A stretch of 64,000 bases of DNA from Macrostomum lignano (taxonomy: Eukaryota), in NCBI GenBank assembly GCA_002269645.1, contig NIVC01002189.1, forward strand, positions 166,925 to 230,924. Direction: 5' to 3'. This document shows, one piece after another, positions 1 to 14,445 of this stretch (position 1 is the first letter of the stretch; every line of letters starts with the position of its first letter). The notes under the pieces were generated by a model. It saw only the letters and a program-made list of their open reading frames with translations, was not told where the DNA came from and did no database searches. The position numbers and the translations under genes are program-made.

Positions 1-2187
1 AATTTACCTGGATATGGACGTACAGTGCGTCAGGCCATTCTTCCCAGCACTGGAGAATTTTAACAGCTTTTTGGACCAGGAGCGAATCGAGCAGACGAAC
101 ATCTTCTGGGGCTGGCCGTTCAGCGTGATGAACTCAGCAATGGGCTCCGCTCCCGGTCATCCGTTCTTCCGCGAGGTGATCAACGAAATGTTGCACAAGT
201 CTCAGATTGGCAACGCGTTTGCCACCACGGGCCCGGCCATCCTCACCCAGGTGTACAAGCAATATACGGCTGTCAAGCCCGCGGTGCCGGTCACCCTGCT
301 CGAGCCGAATGTGATGTCGCCCCTCATGGATGGCAACAAGAACTGGCGCAGCATGTGCGGCTCATTGGGTGAGATCCCTTTTGGAGCTTAAATTAATTGT
401 GCAGAGAGTTTAGGCAGGGAAAAATGACTAGTGACAAAAATAAGCAGAACGCTCAACGACTCGGACTGCTGCGACCTCATTCTGGGTTGTTTAGTGGTTG
501 TTGTTGCTAAATCACAGACGTTATTTGCGCAGAGGAAATGCTCGATTGATCAGTCACCACTTAGCTTCTAAAAGTATACTTGCTTGTAAAACTTGACCTT
601 GCAGTGCCGAAGCATTCACTTTGGAAACCTTACTATGATAACAGCGACGAGTATTGCTCTATGTAGCTGTTGCTCGTGCAGTACAGCGGCTTAGAAAGTC
701 GTACTTAGCGATTCTGTGCATATTTTAGCCTAGATAACAATTGGTGAGGTAGCTCGTACATGCGCTTAAATTTGGTAGTAGTATTTCACTATCAGCTACA
801 TGTGTGTGTACTAGCATGAAATGAAGCTCATCTTCAGACTGGAGCTGAAGGGTACGAGAATACAATGTAGAGACGTAATTAGGGGTTAAATAGGAGATCA
901 ATTTTCATAGCAGTCGTACTTATGCAATTCCGCCGCAATCAATAACTACGGCCCGGCATACATGGGACACGCTGCCAAACATAAAAGAGACGCGCGACCG
1001 CCATGCATGTGGATATGAAATACGTCTCACAACCCGAGCAGTTGTGAGACACTCTGCTGCACAATTTTTCTCTTACTGCAATGCTTAGTATTGGCAAACG
1101 TTGGTCTTATCTACGTGTGAGTCACATTTAGCAAACCCTGAATAGCTAGCGATATAGCTGAGAGCGAGCAAAGTCTTGCGGAAGAGAGTGGAAATATGAA
1201 TTCACATTTTTCCAAGTCGAGTCTTTGACCGGCTAGCTGGGTGCGTGCACAAGTCTGTCAGTTAATCTGCTTTCAAAACTTTTGCTTGACTGAATCGATA
1301 GGCACAAATAGCTGAAGGCGTGCAATTTTTCTACTTTTAAAAGCAGACAACACTTCAGTAAAGTTAGCAGATCCTGTAAGCAGGCGTCTATTCAGCTGAT
1401 TCAACAAGAGCGGATTAAAAACTGGAGTGACATGCGCGAATGACACACACAGACACATGCGGAACTTTTTCCCTGACGATTTTCGGGTTGATGAAATTGT
1501 TGACACACGCACGGAGTGAAGGCGCGGGTTTTTATTATCGATAGTTGAGAAAACTCTGCAAGAACAGTAGTCGAATGTTTTTTGTGAAAAAAGGGTTCCT
1601 AGGGGAAACAGGCACGCCATCAAGCCGCTCTGTTTTGCATGCGTAAGCTCTACAATTTCAACGCTGGCTGTCAGAGAAGATTTTAGTCAGATCTGATTTG
1701 GCATTCAGTGAGGACTGAGGATCAAACAGCAGTGAGGATCTTGATTGCGCTGGTAGTTTCATTCTATGAACAATGAGAGACCGGGAGGAAGCAGTAGGAT
1801 CCCAGGCAGTAGTCGCTCTCTCCCGCATTACCATCGCCGGACTGGGGCTGCACGGTTCTCTCCTCCAGATACTTATAAAGGCAGTACAGTGCTTGGCCGG
1901 AGAGAGAGTTTACTAGCTATACTACTGGATTGGAATCTATTAATAATTTAATTTTATGACCCCGCTTTTCAGCTGCAGCCAAATCGAAGCCGGACTCGCA
2001 GCGCAGCTGGAAAGAGCGCGGCTGCATCATGCTTGAGTCGAAGAACTGGCGCTACGATGACTCGGACAATTCCACAATCTGCGTTCACAGATTCCTTCAT
2101 CTTGGCTACGGCTTCGCTGCCGGGGCGCGCAAGAAGCCGTTTAATGTCACTGCCCGCTTCTGGCCCCGGGTTCGAACTTTCAAATGA
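1..2187 (+). CDS. GT32 glycosyltransferase paralog 1 (3' part; exons <1-368 and 1973-2187)
   Basis: IYLDMDVQCVRP DXD motif and MNSAMGSAPGHPFF. Donor GTGAGA at 369 (phase 1) joins acceptor TTTTCAG before 1973 in frame, giving AAKSKPDSQRSWKERGCIMLESKNWRYDD...VHRFLHLGY...FWPRVRTFK*. Upstream exons lie outside the window. Confidence 0.85.
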
Positions 2188-3721
2188 AGAGGTAAACAGG
2201 TGGCTGACTGTCAAGTGCCTAAGCTTCTAGTGATGCCATTTCATAACAGAAGGAAAGTTCACACTGCGAATTCAAAGAAACGCGTTGGAATGTCTCGTAG
2301 CTGGTTGGTGGACTTAGCTGCAGGGCAGAAGTAGTAGTGTTAAGTGTTTTAGAACATTTTCCTGTGCAATAAGTGTCAAATACTCGTATTCCATATCAAA
2401 TGTAATAGTGTTTGCTTATTTTAAACAAGATCTTGCTCTTGTACTGTTTTGTCATTGCACCTTGATCCGAATTGACTGGATGGCTTAGAATGCACATGAA
2501 CTATTCATCAGCTCATGCATCTCTACAGGTGCTTTGGAGGACAGATTCTACTGTAAACTAGTCATAATTACGCTCGTAGTTACTTACCATCATTCGGTGG
2601 ATGAGAGCACTGCCGTGTCTTGGCTGAATTTTGCGTATTGTTTGATTGAAACGAATTCTGACGGCTTGATGCGTGTCTGCTCATTCTGTCATATTCATCC
2701 TCCGCAGATGCAGCTATATTTTGCATGCGGCACCAATAGATTTGTGATGAAGCGTCAGACGGACATGAAAACTTCAGTTATGAGCACAATTTCGTATAAA
2801 GATTCCCTATGACTCACAATTTACCGTACGGATATATTTTACACATAATGCAATTGCGTTTCCGAGACTGTCAGATGCATTAGAAATTACATTTTTGCCA
2901 ATCAGTTCATGTTCCAATGTGCTGTGATTAGTTTTGTTACAAATAAGTAGCCGAATTAATTAATCTATAAAAGCTACAAATTCCCATGTAGGTTAAAGCA
3001 TTGTAAGAGCGAAAATGACATTCCATCACTATAATCTATCTAATACTTGTATATCTAATATATAGTCTTTATTATGTTTCTTCTTACTAGCTCTTATTAT
3101 TTCAATACCTCGTGACTGAGGTGTGTCAATGTTTTCGCTTCAATTTTTCCAGCAAATGCCTATCGTAATGAATGCGACGAAGATTCAGATAGATTTAACT
3201 TCTTAAATTTAATTTGCGTTGAAAATTGAGTCCTGGTAGTAAGCGGCAGTCTTCGTGGCTGAGAGGCCGTGCTCTTAGAGCTACTGACTTGTGCAAGATT
3301 CATTTAGCTTGCACTATAAATGTAAAGCTTACTTCCCTACGACTGCTTATAAAATCAAGAAAATTAGCCTATCAGGTAAGCCAGATAAAGCTGCATGTAC
3401 GCGCGTTACTCACTTGTAACTCTACAGCCGCGAGATAACGAGAAAACCTACTTATAATGTACACCCGTAACAAAAAATTACCTGCTTTAAAAGTACTCGC
3501 ATATTCTTCTAGCCAATAGGCATTACTCGTCAAGGAAATACTGGATGACTCGAAAAAGATGCAGGAGCGTGTGGACTACTAGACGTAGTCGAAGACGTAG
3601 ACGCTACTCTTGCAATTTCATTTTGATGCTAAAGATCAACCTCTTCTTATTTTTGGGCAGACATCGCCCTTCACTTAAAGAATTATAGCGTCTTTCTAGA
3701 CGTATGTCACTTAAATCGTAT

Positions 3722-4186
3722 GACGGCCGGTATATATGGTCTAAGACGGCCGATGTATGTAGTCCAAGAGGGCCGATGTCTATGGTCTAAGACGGCCGAT
3801 GTATGTAGCCTAAGAGGGCCGATGTCTATGGTCTAAGACGGCCGATGTATGTAGTCTAAGAGAGCCGATGTCTATGGTCTAAGACGGACGATGTATGTAG
3901 CCTAAGAGGGCCGATGTCTATGGTCTAAGACGGCCGATGTATGTAGTCTAAGAGAGCCGATGTCTATGGTCTAAGACGGACGATGTATGTAGTCTAAGAG
4001 GGCCGATGTTATGGTCTAAGACGGCCGATGTCTATGGTCTAAGACGGACGATGTATGTAGTCTAAGAAGGCCGATGTCTATGGTCTAAGACGGCCGATGT
4101 TTGTAATCTAAGACGGCCGATGTCTATAGTCAAGACGGCCGATGTCTATGGTCTAAGACGACCGATGTCTATGGTAGAAGACGGCC
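3722..4186. repeat. 23-bp minisatellite (GACGGCCGATGTCTATGGTCTAA), about 20 units
   Basis: Direct tandem copies visible; a second array lies at 29273-29709. Confidence 0.95.
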
Positions 4187-5876
4187 GGGGGTCGGACACT
4201 GATTCAACTTGAAGCTTAACTCAGTGACTCAGCTCGCAACGTTTCAAAAACCTTCAGAGCGAAAAATGAAATCCGAGCGTCTTTAACGCCTTGTAGGCCC
4301 TAAACGGTTTGACATGTAAACAAATGAATTTCATGCACTATACAACAAGACGGGACTTGATAAAACTAACATTTTTTACTTTCCTAAATTCAACCCTATA
4401 ATGTATCGTGCTTTTCCTTTACAGATTGAGCCATACCTCAGCTAGGAAACTCTACAAATAGGTCGATCTGTTGCACTTCCTGCCCACGGATATCTTTTTT
4501 ATAGAAAAAGTTTCGCGACATTCGCTTCCTAATATCGAATTATCCCTTAGCAGAAAGAGGAATCTTTCAGCTGCCTTTCTGCCTGCCCTATCTCTTTGAG
4601 TGTAGGGTGAACACGAATTGTCCACCCTACAATCCGTGCTCATTCTGAGTTCTATGGTTCTGTAGGGTGTAGAGAGCGTCTAGTCCAGTTTTACACAATT
4701 AATTTATGAGGACCCGAGACAGGGTCAGAGCAGGACATCTCAGTTTACTAGTGTGCTACATTGAGAAGTTATCGCTCCTATTCTATAGGTTTTTCCTGGT
4801 CAAGTAGTCAACACAGATTGCTTCCATGTCAAGGCTTCATGAAGAGAATTACTGAAATGCTGGGGCTGCTGGGGAGAATTTCTGAGACGTCAAGGTTCAT
4901 TAGAAAAATTGCTGAGATATCTGTCATGACTTATGGGGTGGGGCCGCGCGGTAGGGGTGAAGCTTGTTTAGTAAGCCTTGTGAGCAGTACGTACGGTATG
5001 TACATGCGCGGGCCACCGTGCCCCTTGGCCTATAAAATATACAGAGCGTGGAGGGTTTTGCCTCAAGTGAGTTACTCCAAAATAAGCGATTGACTTGACT
5101 TCATTACAATATCAACAATGGAGTTGCTGAGATGTCAAGGCTCATGAGGGGATTGCTGAAATGCTGTGGCTCATGGAGGGGGTTGCTGAGATGCCAAGGG
5201 TCAATTGGAAGCTGTTGGTAGGCCAAGCCGAAGGTAGATCAAAGAGGAGTTAGGATTAAGCCATGGCATAAAAGGGAAGCTTTGATGCCAAAGCTCACAG
5301 GGGATGCTAATATCTTAGGCTGGATAGCTGACTTTCAGGGCTCATGACTTTTACATTAAGCATCATTTTACTTCGAATACTAACAATGGAGGCTTTTCCC
5401 CTCCTTTTTCGCTCTGGCCTGGCGCGGAAGCGGTTAGCTTCCTCGTCTTGGTCTGCTGGTGGAGGACGGATCCCCCCTGCTGCTTTTTTGCAGGGCAGGT
5501 GGCTGCTAAGTAGTTGGCTGCTGGCTAAGCGCCAACTACCCATCGACAGCCCATAGTTGCAACTGGTACCACACGGGTTCTCGAGGGCCGCTCCTGTAGG
5601 GGAGGGCTCGGGCGTCGGCTGTCAACCCGACCTGGCGCTTGTGTCCCAAGCCCGCAGCCGGCCTCCCGCCCCCTGATCTTGCAGAGTGTGGACCGGGGGC
5701 CTGCCGGAGCCTCGCCTGGGAGCAATCCTGGGAAAAGACGGCAACCCAAAGCTTCTCTGCTGTTTACCGTGGCAGAGGGTAGCTCCACGGAGCTGGCTGG
5801 GGGTATATCCAGTCCCCGAGCGGTTACCCTCCCCTATTTTTCTACATTTCAGTTTTTCCATTTCAGCCTACTCTGC

Positions 5877-8577
<2,701 letters not shown>

Positions 8578-9031
8578 ATTAAACTCACAAGAGACTGTAC
8601 ATTTACGAGCTATATTGTCTAATTTGTGTAAAATAGGGTTAAAAAACTAATTGTTGTCCTGCTGAATGCTACTTGACGCAATATTATCAGCGCTTCAAAT
8701 TTATTCAGCAGATAATTTCAGCAATCATAGAATATAGAAGAGAGCAGGGTAAACGTTAAGGATATTCAGGTTATCAAAAACCGAAAGACATTGACACATC
8801 TCAAATAGCTTTTTTCTGACACGAATTATTGTAGCTAGTTTTAGTGCCACCACCACAAAAATAATTCTGTAGCGAAACTCCACTGTTCATGAACATGTAC
8901 TTTTTTATTATGACAGTAACATCTAAAATTACTCAAAAAGATTCGGCACATGAAATCCGTGTCAGCTATTTGGACCCGCTAAATACTAACCTAATAGGAA
9001 TGGAAAGAATCACACTATAACACAATAGTGC

Positions 9032-9192
9032 GGCTGTCCCAACAATGCTATCATAGCCAGTGTGGATAGGGCTGTCCCAACAATTCCATCATAGCCAGTG
9101 TGGATAGGGCTGTCCCAACAATTCCATCATAGCCAGTGTGGATAGGGCTGTCCCAACAATTCCATCATAGCCAGTGTGGATAGGGCTGTCCC
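9032..9192. repeat. 38-bp minisatellite, about 4 units
   Basis: GGGCTGTCCCAACAATTCCATCATAGCCAGTGTGGATA repeated. Confidence 0.9.
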
Positions 9193-9435
9193 GAAAATTA
9201 CACTAACACCATATTCATCAAGCGAAGTTTGAACTCTCCAAACATGCTAATATAAATCACTACTGTGTTGAAAGCACACTCTAGAGCTCTACCGAGTTCA
9301 TTGCACAGGTTCAAATTATAGACAGGTTGCAAAAAAATTGCGTCCACTGAGTAACACATTGTTGAGGCACACAGCAGTTAACTGACTTCACGATTCTGAA
9401 ACTTTAAAAAACCAGCTCCACAGGACGAATCAAAG

Positions 9436-10900
9436 GACTGGCTGCAGCCTGCCTGCGTGGGAAGTGTCTGTTGCTGCTCCTGAGCAGCTAGTAAACAAGA
9501 TGTGGCTAATGCGTCCGCGATATCGGAATGCTCGCTGTTAATTGTTGATGTAGGTCTTCTCTTTAAGGCATGTCGCTAGCGTTGCTGACTTCAGAAGCTG
9601 CGAAGAAAAGAAATTAAGATAGGTTTGATTTAGTAATAATTAATGGTCTAATCGAGAACTCTTTAATAGAATGTGTTCAACTAATGCTGGGTCTGTTTCA
9701 AAAAGTCAGAAGGAGTCGCGACTAGAATCAGCACTGTCCCAATAAGTGCGACATAAAATAGGCTGAAAAATAAGCCCAGCTGCAATGATGTCCCAATAAA
9801 TGCCCCGCAAATTACCACACTTGAGCTAGGCTAGGCTGTGTTTGCTAGGCGTAGATTGTGTCCCAACAATGCCTCTGAGATTGCTTACATTGATTTTAAA
9901 GTGCCAAGCTGCAATGATGTCCCAATAAATGCCCCGCAAATTACCACACTTGAGCTAGGCTGGGCTGTGTTTGCTAGTCGTAGTTTGTGTCCCAACAATG
10001 CCTCTGAGATTGTTACATTGATTTCGAATTGTGCTCTACCGGGCAACACAAATACTCTGGTTACTTCCACAGCAGATAATGCTCACCCAGAACAGATCGC
10101 CTCTTTCTCTTTAATCCTTTGCCGGACGAGTTGTCTTTAGCTCCACAAGACAAATCATCAATAGACTGGCTGCAGCCTGTCTGCATGAGAAGTGTCCGTT
10201 GCTGCTCCTGAGCAGCTAGTAAACAAGATGTGGCTAATGCATCCGCGATATCGGAATGCTCGCTGTTAATTGTTGATGTAGGTCTTCTCTTTAAGGCATG
10301 TCGCTAGCGTTGCTGACTTCAGAAGCTGCGAAGAAAAGAAATTAAGATAGGTTTGATTTAGTAATAATTAATGGTCTAATCGAGAACTCTTTAATAGAAT
10401 GTGTTCAACTAATGCTGGGTCTGTTTCAAAAAGTCAGAAGGAGTCGCGACTAGAATCAGCACTGTCCCAATAAGTGCGACATAAAATAGGCTGAAAAATA
10501 AGCCCAGCTGCAATGATGTCCCAATAAATGCCCCGCAAATTACCACACTTGAGCTAGGCTAGGCTGTGTTTGCTAGGCGTAGATTGTGTCCCAACAATGC
10601 CTCTGAGATTGCTTACATTGATTTCGAATTGTGCTCTACCGGGCAACACAAATACTCTGGTTACTTCCACAGCAGATAATGCTCACCCAGAACAGATCGC
10701 CTCTTTCTCTTTAATCCTTTGCCGGACGAGTTGTCTTTAGCTCCACAAGACAAATCATCAATAGACTGGCTGCAGCCTGTCTGCATGAGAAGTGTCCGTT
10801 GCTGCTCCTGAGCAGCTAGTAAACAAGATGTGGCTAATGCGTCCGCGATATCGGAATGCTCGCTGTTAATTGTTGATGTAGGTCTTCTCTTTAAGGCATG
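9436..10900. repeat. Tandem duplication of a ~600-bp unit (~2.3 copies) with an internal ~128-bp sub-duplication in copy 1
   Basis: GACTGGCTGCAGCCTG recurs at 9436, 10164 and 10764 (periods 728 and 600); copies are near-identical. Confidence 0.9.
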
Positions 10901-12323
10901 CCACTTAGCGGCTGAACCTGTGCGTACAAAGGAAAAAGGAAAACAGAAATCTATGTCGATGTCCTAATAAATTCTTCATTGCAAATGAAATTATGGTGTG
11001 TAACTAAAATGTGAGCGTGTAGTTTGTCCCAACAGTGCCGTCTATTTAGTCATTCAGATGAACTTTACATCTCACTGTCCCAATAGCCCTGCACAAATTC
11101 ACTCTCTCACTCTAGCTGTCTGCAGACTTGTTTGTTCCAATAAGCCCCTAGAAAGCAAAACACATTCCGATTCAGTTCCAGTTATGGAATGTGCAAGTTT
11201 CTGAGATTCTTTTTTTTGCCATCTTCCCAACCAAATCTTCCATAGAGAGCATTTTTGCTGCTGGCTTTACTCTGTTTGTCTTTGCAATATGCTCTTCGCG
11301 GTCTAGAACATTCTCATTTTTCATATTGTCCGAATAGAATAATTTAAAATTGGCCAAGCGCTCAATAAGTATTGTTTTTGGCTCCGCGCATGGCTGTGGC
11401 GCTGCAGCGATTTGGATGTGCCCAAAATGCTACTTGCGAAACCGATGTCAATTTCATTCAATAAACAACTATTTTGCTTCTCGTAGTGGGCTGCTTCTAA
11501 ATTTTTACCATGCACAAAAATATCCACATATACATGTAATATGACTTACTTGACAATAAAGGCAATTCGCTTGATAGAAGAAAACGATTGCTGAGCAAAT
11601 TTACATGTACATATATCTGGAATTGTAAAAATACATTTTAAGCTTGATTAGTTAAGTTTAGTTAAGTTAAGTTTATGAATCCTAAAAAGGATCTTTAAAT
11701 TCAACTTACATATTTGTAATGGTTCCTACGCTCGTATAGCCAAGTTTCCATGGAAAGAGGTCATGGAACTCTTGTGCCTTGGGCACATTTCGCCTGTGTA
11801 GGGCAGGCCTCGTAAATGAACTACATTCTTTTACCATATGCAGGATGCTGTTTGCCAAAGCGAACTTCTACCATTCTATTAAGATTTCGGGCCCGTTCTA
11901 TAAAGCCATTGTAAGATAAGATCGTTCTTAGCTCCTATGGGCCCGTTCTATAAAGCTTGCGTATCCTTAAGTTCGAACTTACGTTCGTACCGTGTCGTAA
12001 AATGTTCGGTGAAACCATCGTATCTTAAGACCGTTCTTAGATTTAAGAAGCTTCTTAAGTCATCGGGCACGCGTAAATTTGCGTTCGGTGAAACTTTCGT
12101 AAGTCACTTCGGCTTCTTAAGTTCCGCCGTAAATCTAAGACAGGTCGGACCTGTCGTAAGTCACTCTTTAGTTGTGAAAATGCACAGCGCCGACTTCATT
12201 CAGACAAAAAAATTGCATTTAAGTTTAAAGCATGTAAGTTTAAAGACTGAAAAAATCAAACAATAGCGAAATTTGTTAATTTGAAGTTTGAGTAGCAAGA
12301 AACACAAATTTTGTTTAAGTAAG

Positions 12324-13361
12324 TCACGGTGGGAGTAGCTCAATGATCCGCTGCCTTTCTGCTCGACCAGCAGCGGTGTCTTCAGCCAGTGCGGCTTCAT
12401 TTTCAGCAGTTGCTTCCATGGCTAGCGGCTGATGTTCAGGTGGAAGTGGAACGGCTCTGGCCACGGCGAAATTGTGGAGCACGCAGCATGCAACAATGAT
12501 GTTGCACACTTTACTCGGATTGAATTGTAAAGCTCCTCCGCTGTGATCGAGGCATCGAAATCTTGCTTTCAAAACACCAAAAGCCCTCTCGATTGTTACG
12601 CGCGTTTTGCTTAGTCGCCGGTTGAAATTTTGCTCGGAATTTGTTTGTGGATCCCTAAATGGCGTCATCAGAAACGGTCGGAGTGGGTAGCCCGCATCTC
12701 CAACCAAGAAGCCAGCGACCTTCCCATCCGCGAGGAGATCTTTCAGTGCAGATTGTTGAAAAATGAAGGAGTCGTGGCTACTGCCAGGCCAACGTGCGAC
12801 AACGTTTGTAAATGCGAGATTGGCACTACATACGGCCTGAACATTAATCGAGTGAAATCCTTTTCGATTAATGAAGATTCCACCGTCATCGGTAGGGCGC
12901 CGGATGCGGATGTGCGTGCAGTCTATGGCTCCGAGCACCTGAGGCATTCCGGCAATTTAAAAAAATGCACGTGCTGATGCTGCTGCTGCTTGCTGATTGC
13001 TTGGAAACGAAATGCAAATGGGTGCCATGTCCTGAAGTAGCAGGCAACCTCCAGTCACAACTCCGGACACCGTGACGCAGCTACAGTTGAAAACGTCCCC
13101 AATGACTTTGAGAAAGCTGCCTGTTGCAAAAAATCGGAGGGCAAGGCAAACCTGCAGTTCGACGGAAATAGCTCTGTTGCGACGCGTCTGACGTTGTAGT
13201 TGCGGCCGCAGCAACTCAATGAGCTCCAGCAAAAGTTGACGTGGCAGCCGGTACCGCTCGAAAATTTCCCGATTACTGAAGTCGAGAGGGTCAAGTCTGT
13301 CTCGAAACCTTCTCTCAGTTCTCAAAGCATGCTGAGCGAATGCGATGTCCAAAAAATTCAT
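12324..13361 (-). pseudogene. Harbinger DDE transposase (HARBI1-like) with one in-frame TAA at 12957-12959
   Basis: FERYRLPR...LQVCLALRFFATGSF...AFF*IAGMPQVLGAIDCTHI...NRKGFHSINVQAVC...WPGSSHDS...GDAGYP...FNRRLSKTRVTIERAFGVLKARF. The two listed ORFs are in the same frame. Confidence 0.92.
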
Positions 13362-13765
13362 TCTCGGATCTGACTTTGGCAATTGCAAGTGAGTTAGCAA
13401 TCCGATGGGGAATTTCAGCGCTAAGTTCTTGAAGCATAAGTTGCTTCAAATAGATAATTAGATAATAGATTTTATTGGTTAATTAAGTAAGTTTTAAGAG
13501 GGCCCGGGGCTGGTGTCAAACCACTCTAATTATCCTTAACTTTATGTCCCCTATACTGTGTGACTGGCTGACCGTCTTATCAGGCCGACCTGATAATTGC
13601 TCCTCAAATATACGTTCGCATCACATAATTGATTTTGCCGTCGAAGGGTTGCAAACAGCCTTGACCAATCGACATTTAAGTAGAGTGGCAATTACGCTCG
13701 TATAGCTCGTATAACAGCATAAAGAGAAGCTGATACGGTCGAAAGTGCCAAATAATTGGAATGCA

Positions 13766-14445
13766 ATGAATTCTTACGCAGCACAAAAACGCGCGGCGAA
13801 CTGGTCAACGGCGGAACTGGAGACGCTGCAAGAAGCAACGACCGAACGGAAAAGTTACCTGGAGAGCCCCAAGCGAATTTTCGCAAGAAACGCGGATGGC
13901 AGCAAATTGCCGATATCGTGAATGCAGTCGGTGGACAAGGACGTTCTGGAGAGAACTGCCGAAAGCGGTGGTCCGACTTCAAGAGTCAACTGAAGCACAA
14001 AGTAGCCAGCATCCGCAAGGAGCAAGCTAAGACGGGAGGCGGTCCATCGCAGGCCCCACAGCTGTCGAGTTTAGAGGAGAAGGCGGCGCAGTCCATCCGA
14101 AAACAGGTCGTGGAAGGCGTGCCACGTGGTGTTGACACGCTGCAGCTGCCTAAATCCAATAGTGCAGCATCAAGCTTGGCGGCCAAGTACATTGATATCG
14201 CAAGTGCGCCTGCTGATGAATTTTCCGAAGCTGTTGGCAGAAGCACATCGCCTGAGTACGAGACAGCTGACGACGAAAAAAGTGAAGAGTCTGTTGCTAA
14301 CCCCGCTGCCAAGAACACGAAGCGTCAGCGAAAGCAGAGCAAACTTGGGCTGATCGAAAGCTTAGAAATAAAACGTCTTCGGGTGGAGGAAGCTCGATTG
14401 GAAGTTGAAAACGACAGATTGTTTGTCGAGAGAGAGAGAGGCTGA
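13766..14445 (+). CDS. Harbinger Myb/SANT-like DNA-binding protein (one frameshift near 13867-13870)
   Basis: MNSYAAQKRAANWSTAELETLQEATTERKSYLESP from ATG 13766, then in the listed frame QANFRKKRGWQQIADIVNAVGGQGRSGENCRKRWSDFK; coiled-coil C-terminus. Confidence 0.85.

Larger units (their letters stand above)
1..4783. repeat. Segmental duplication copy A (homologous to ~22179-30435)
   Basis: Collinear similarity in exons, much of the intron (1260-1970 vs 23660-24270), 3' flank, 23-bp minisatellite and the region ending TTATCGCTCCTAT (4770-4783 vs 30423-30435). Confidence 0.85.

Noticed and set aside
5400-5530. HDV-like ribozyme candidate (TTCCTCGT loop, GCTAA words)
   Set aside because: P3 and P2 pairings do not form.
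5595-5660. Twister-ribozyme-like words (GGAGGG ... GTCCCAAGCCC) in the putative LINE 5' UTR
   Set aside because: Could not place the UAA cleavage loop, the second pseudoknot GC or a clean P4 stem in any permutation. A covariance-model search would settle it.
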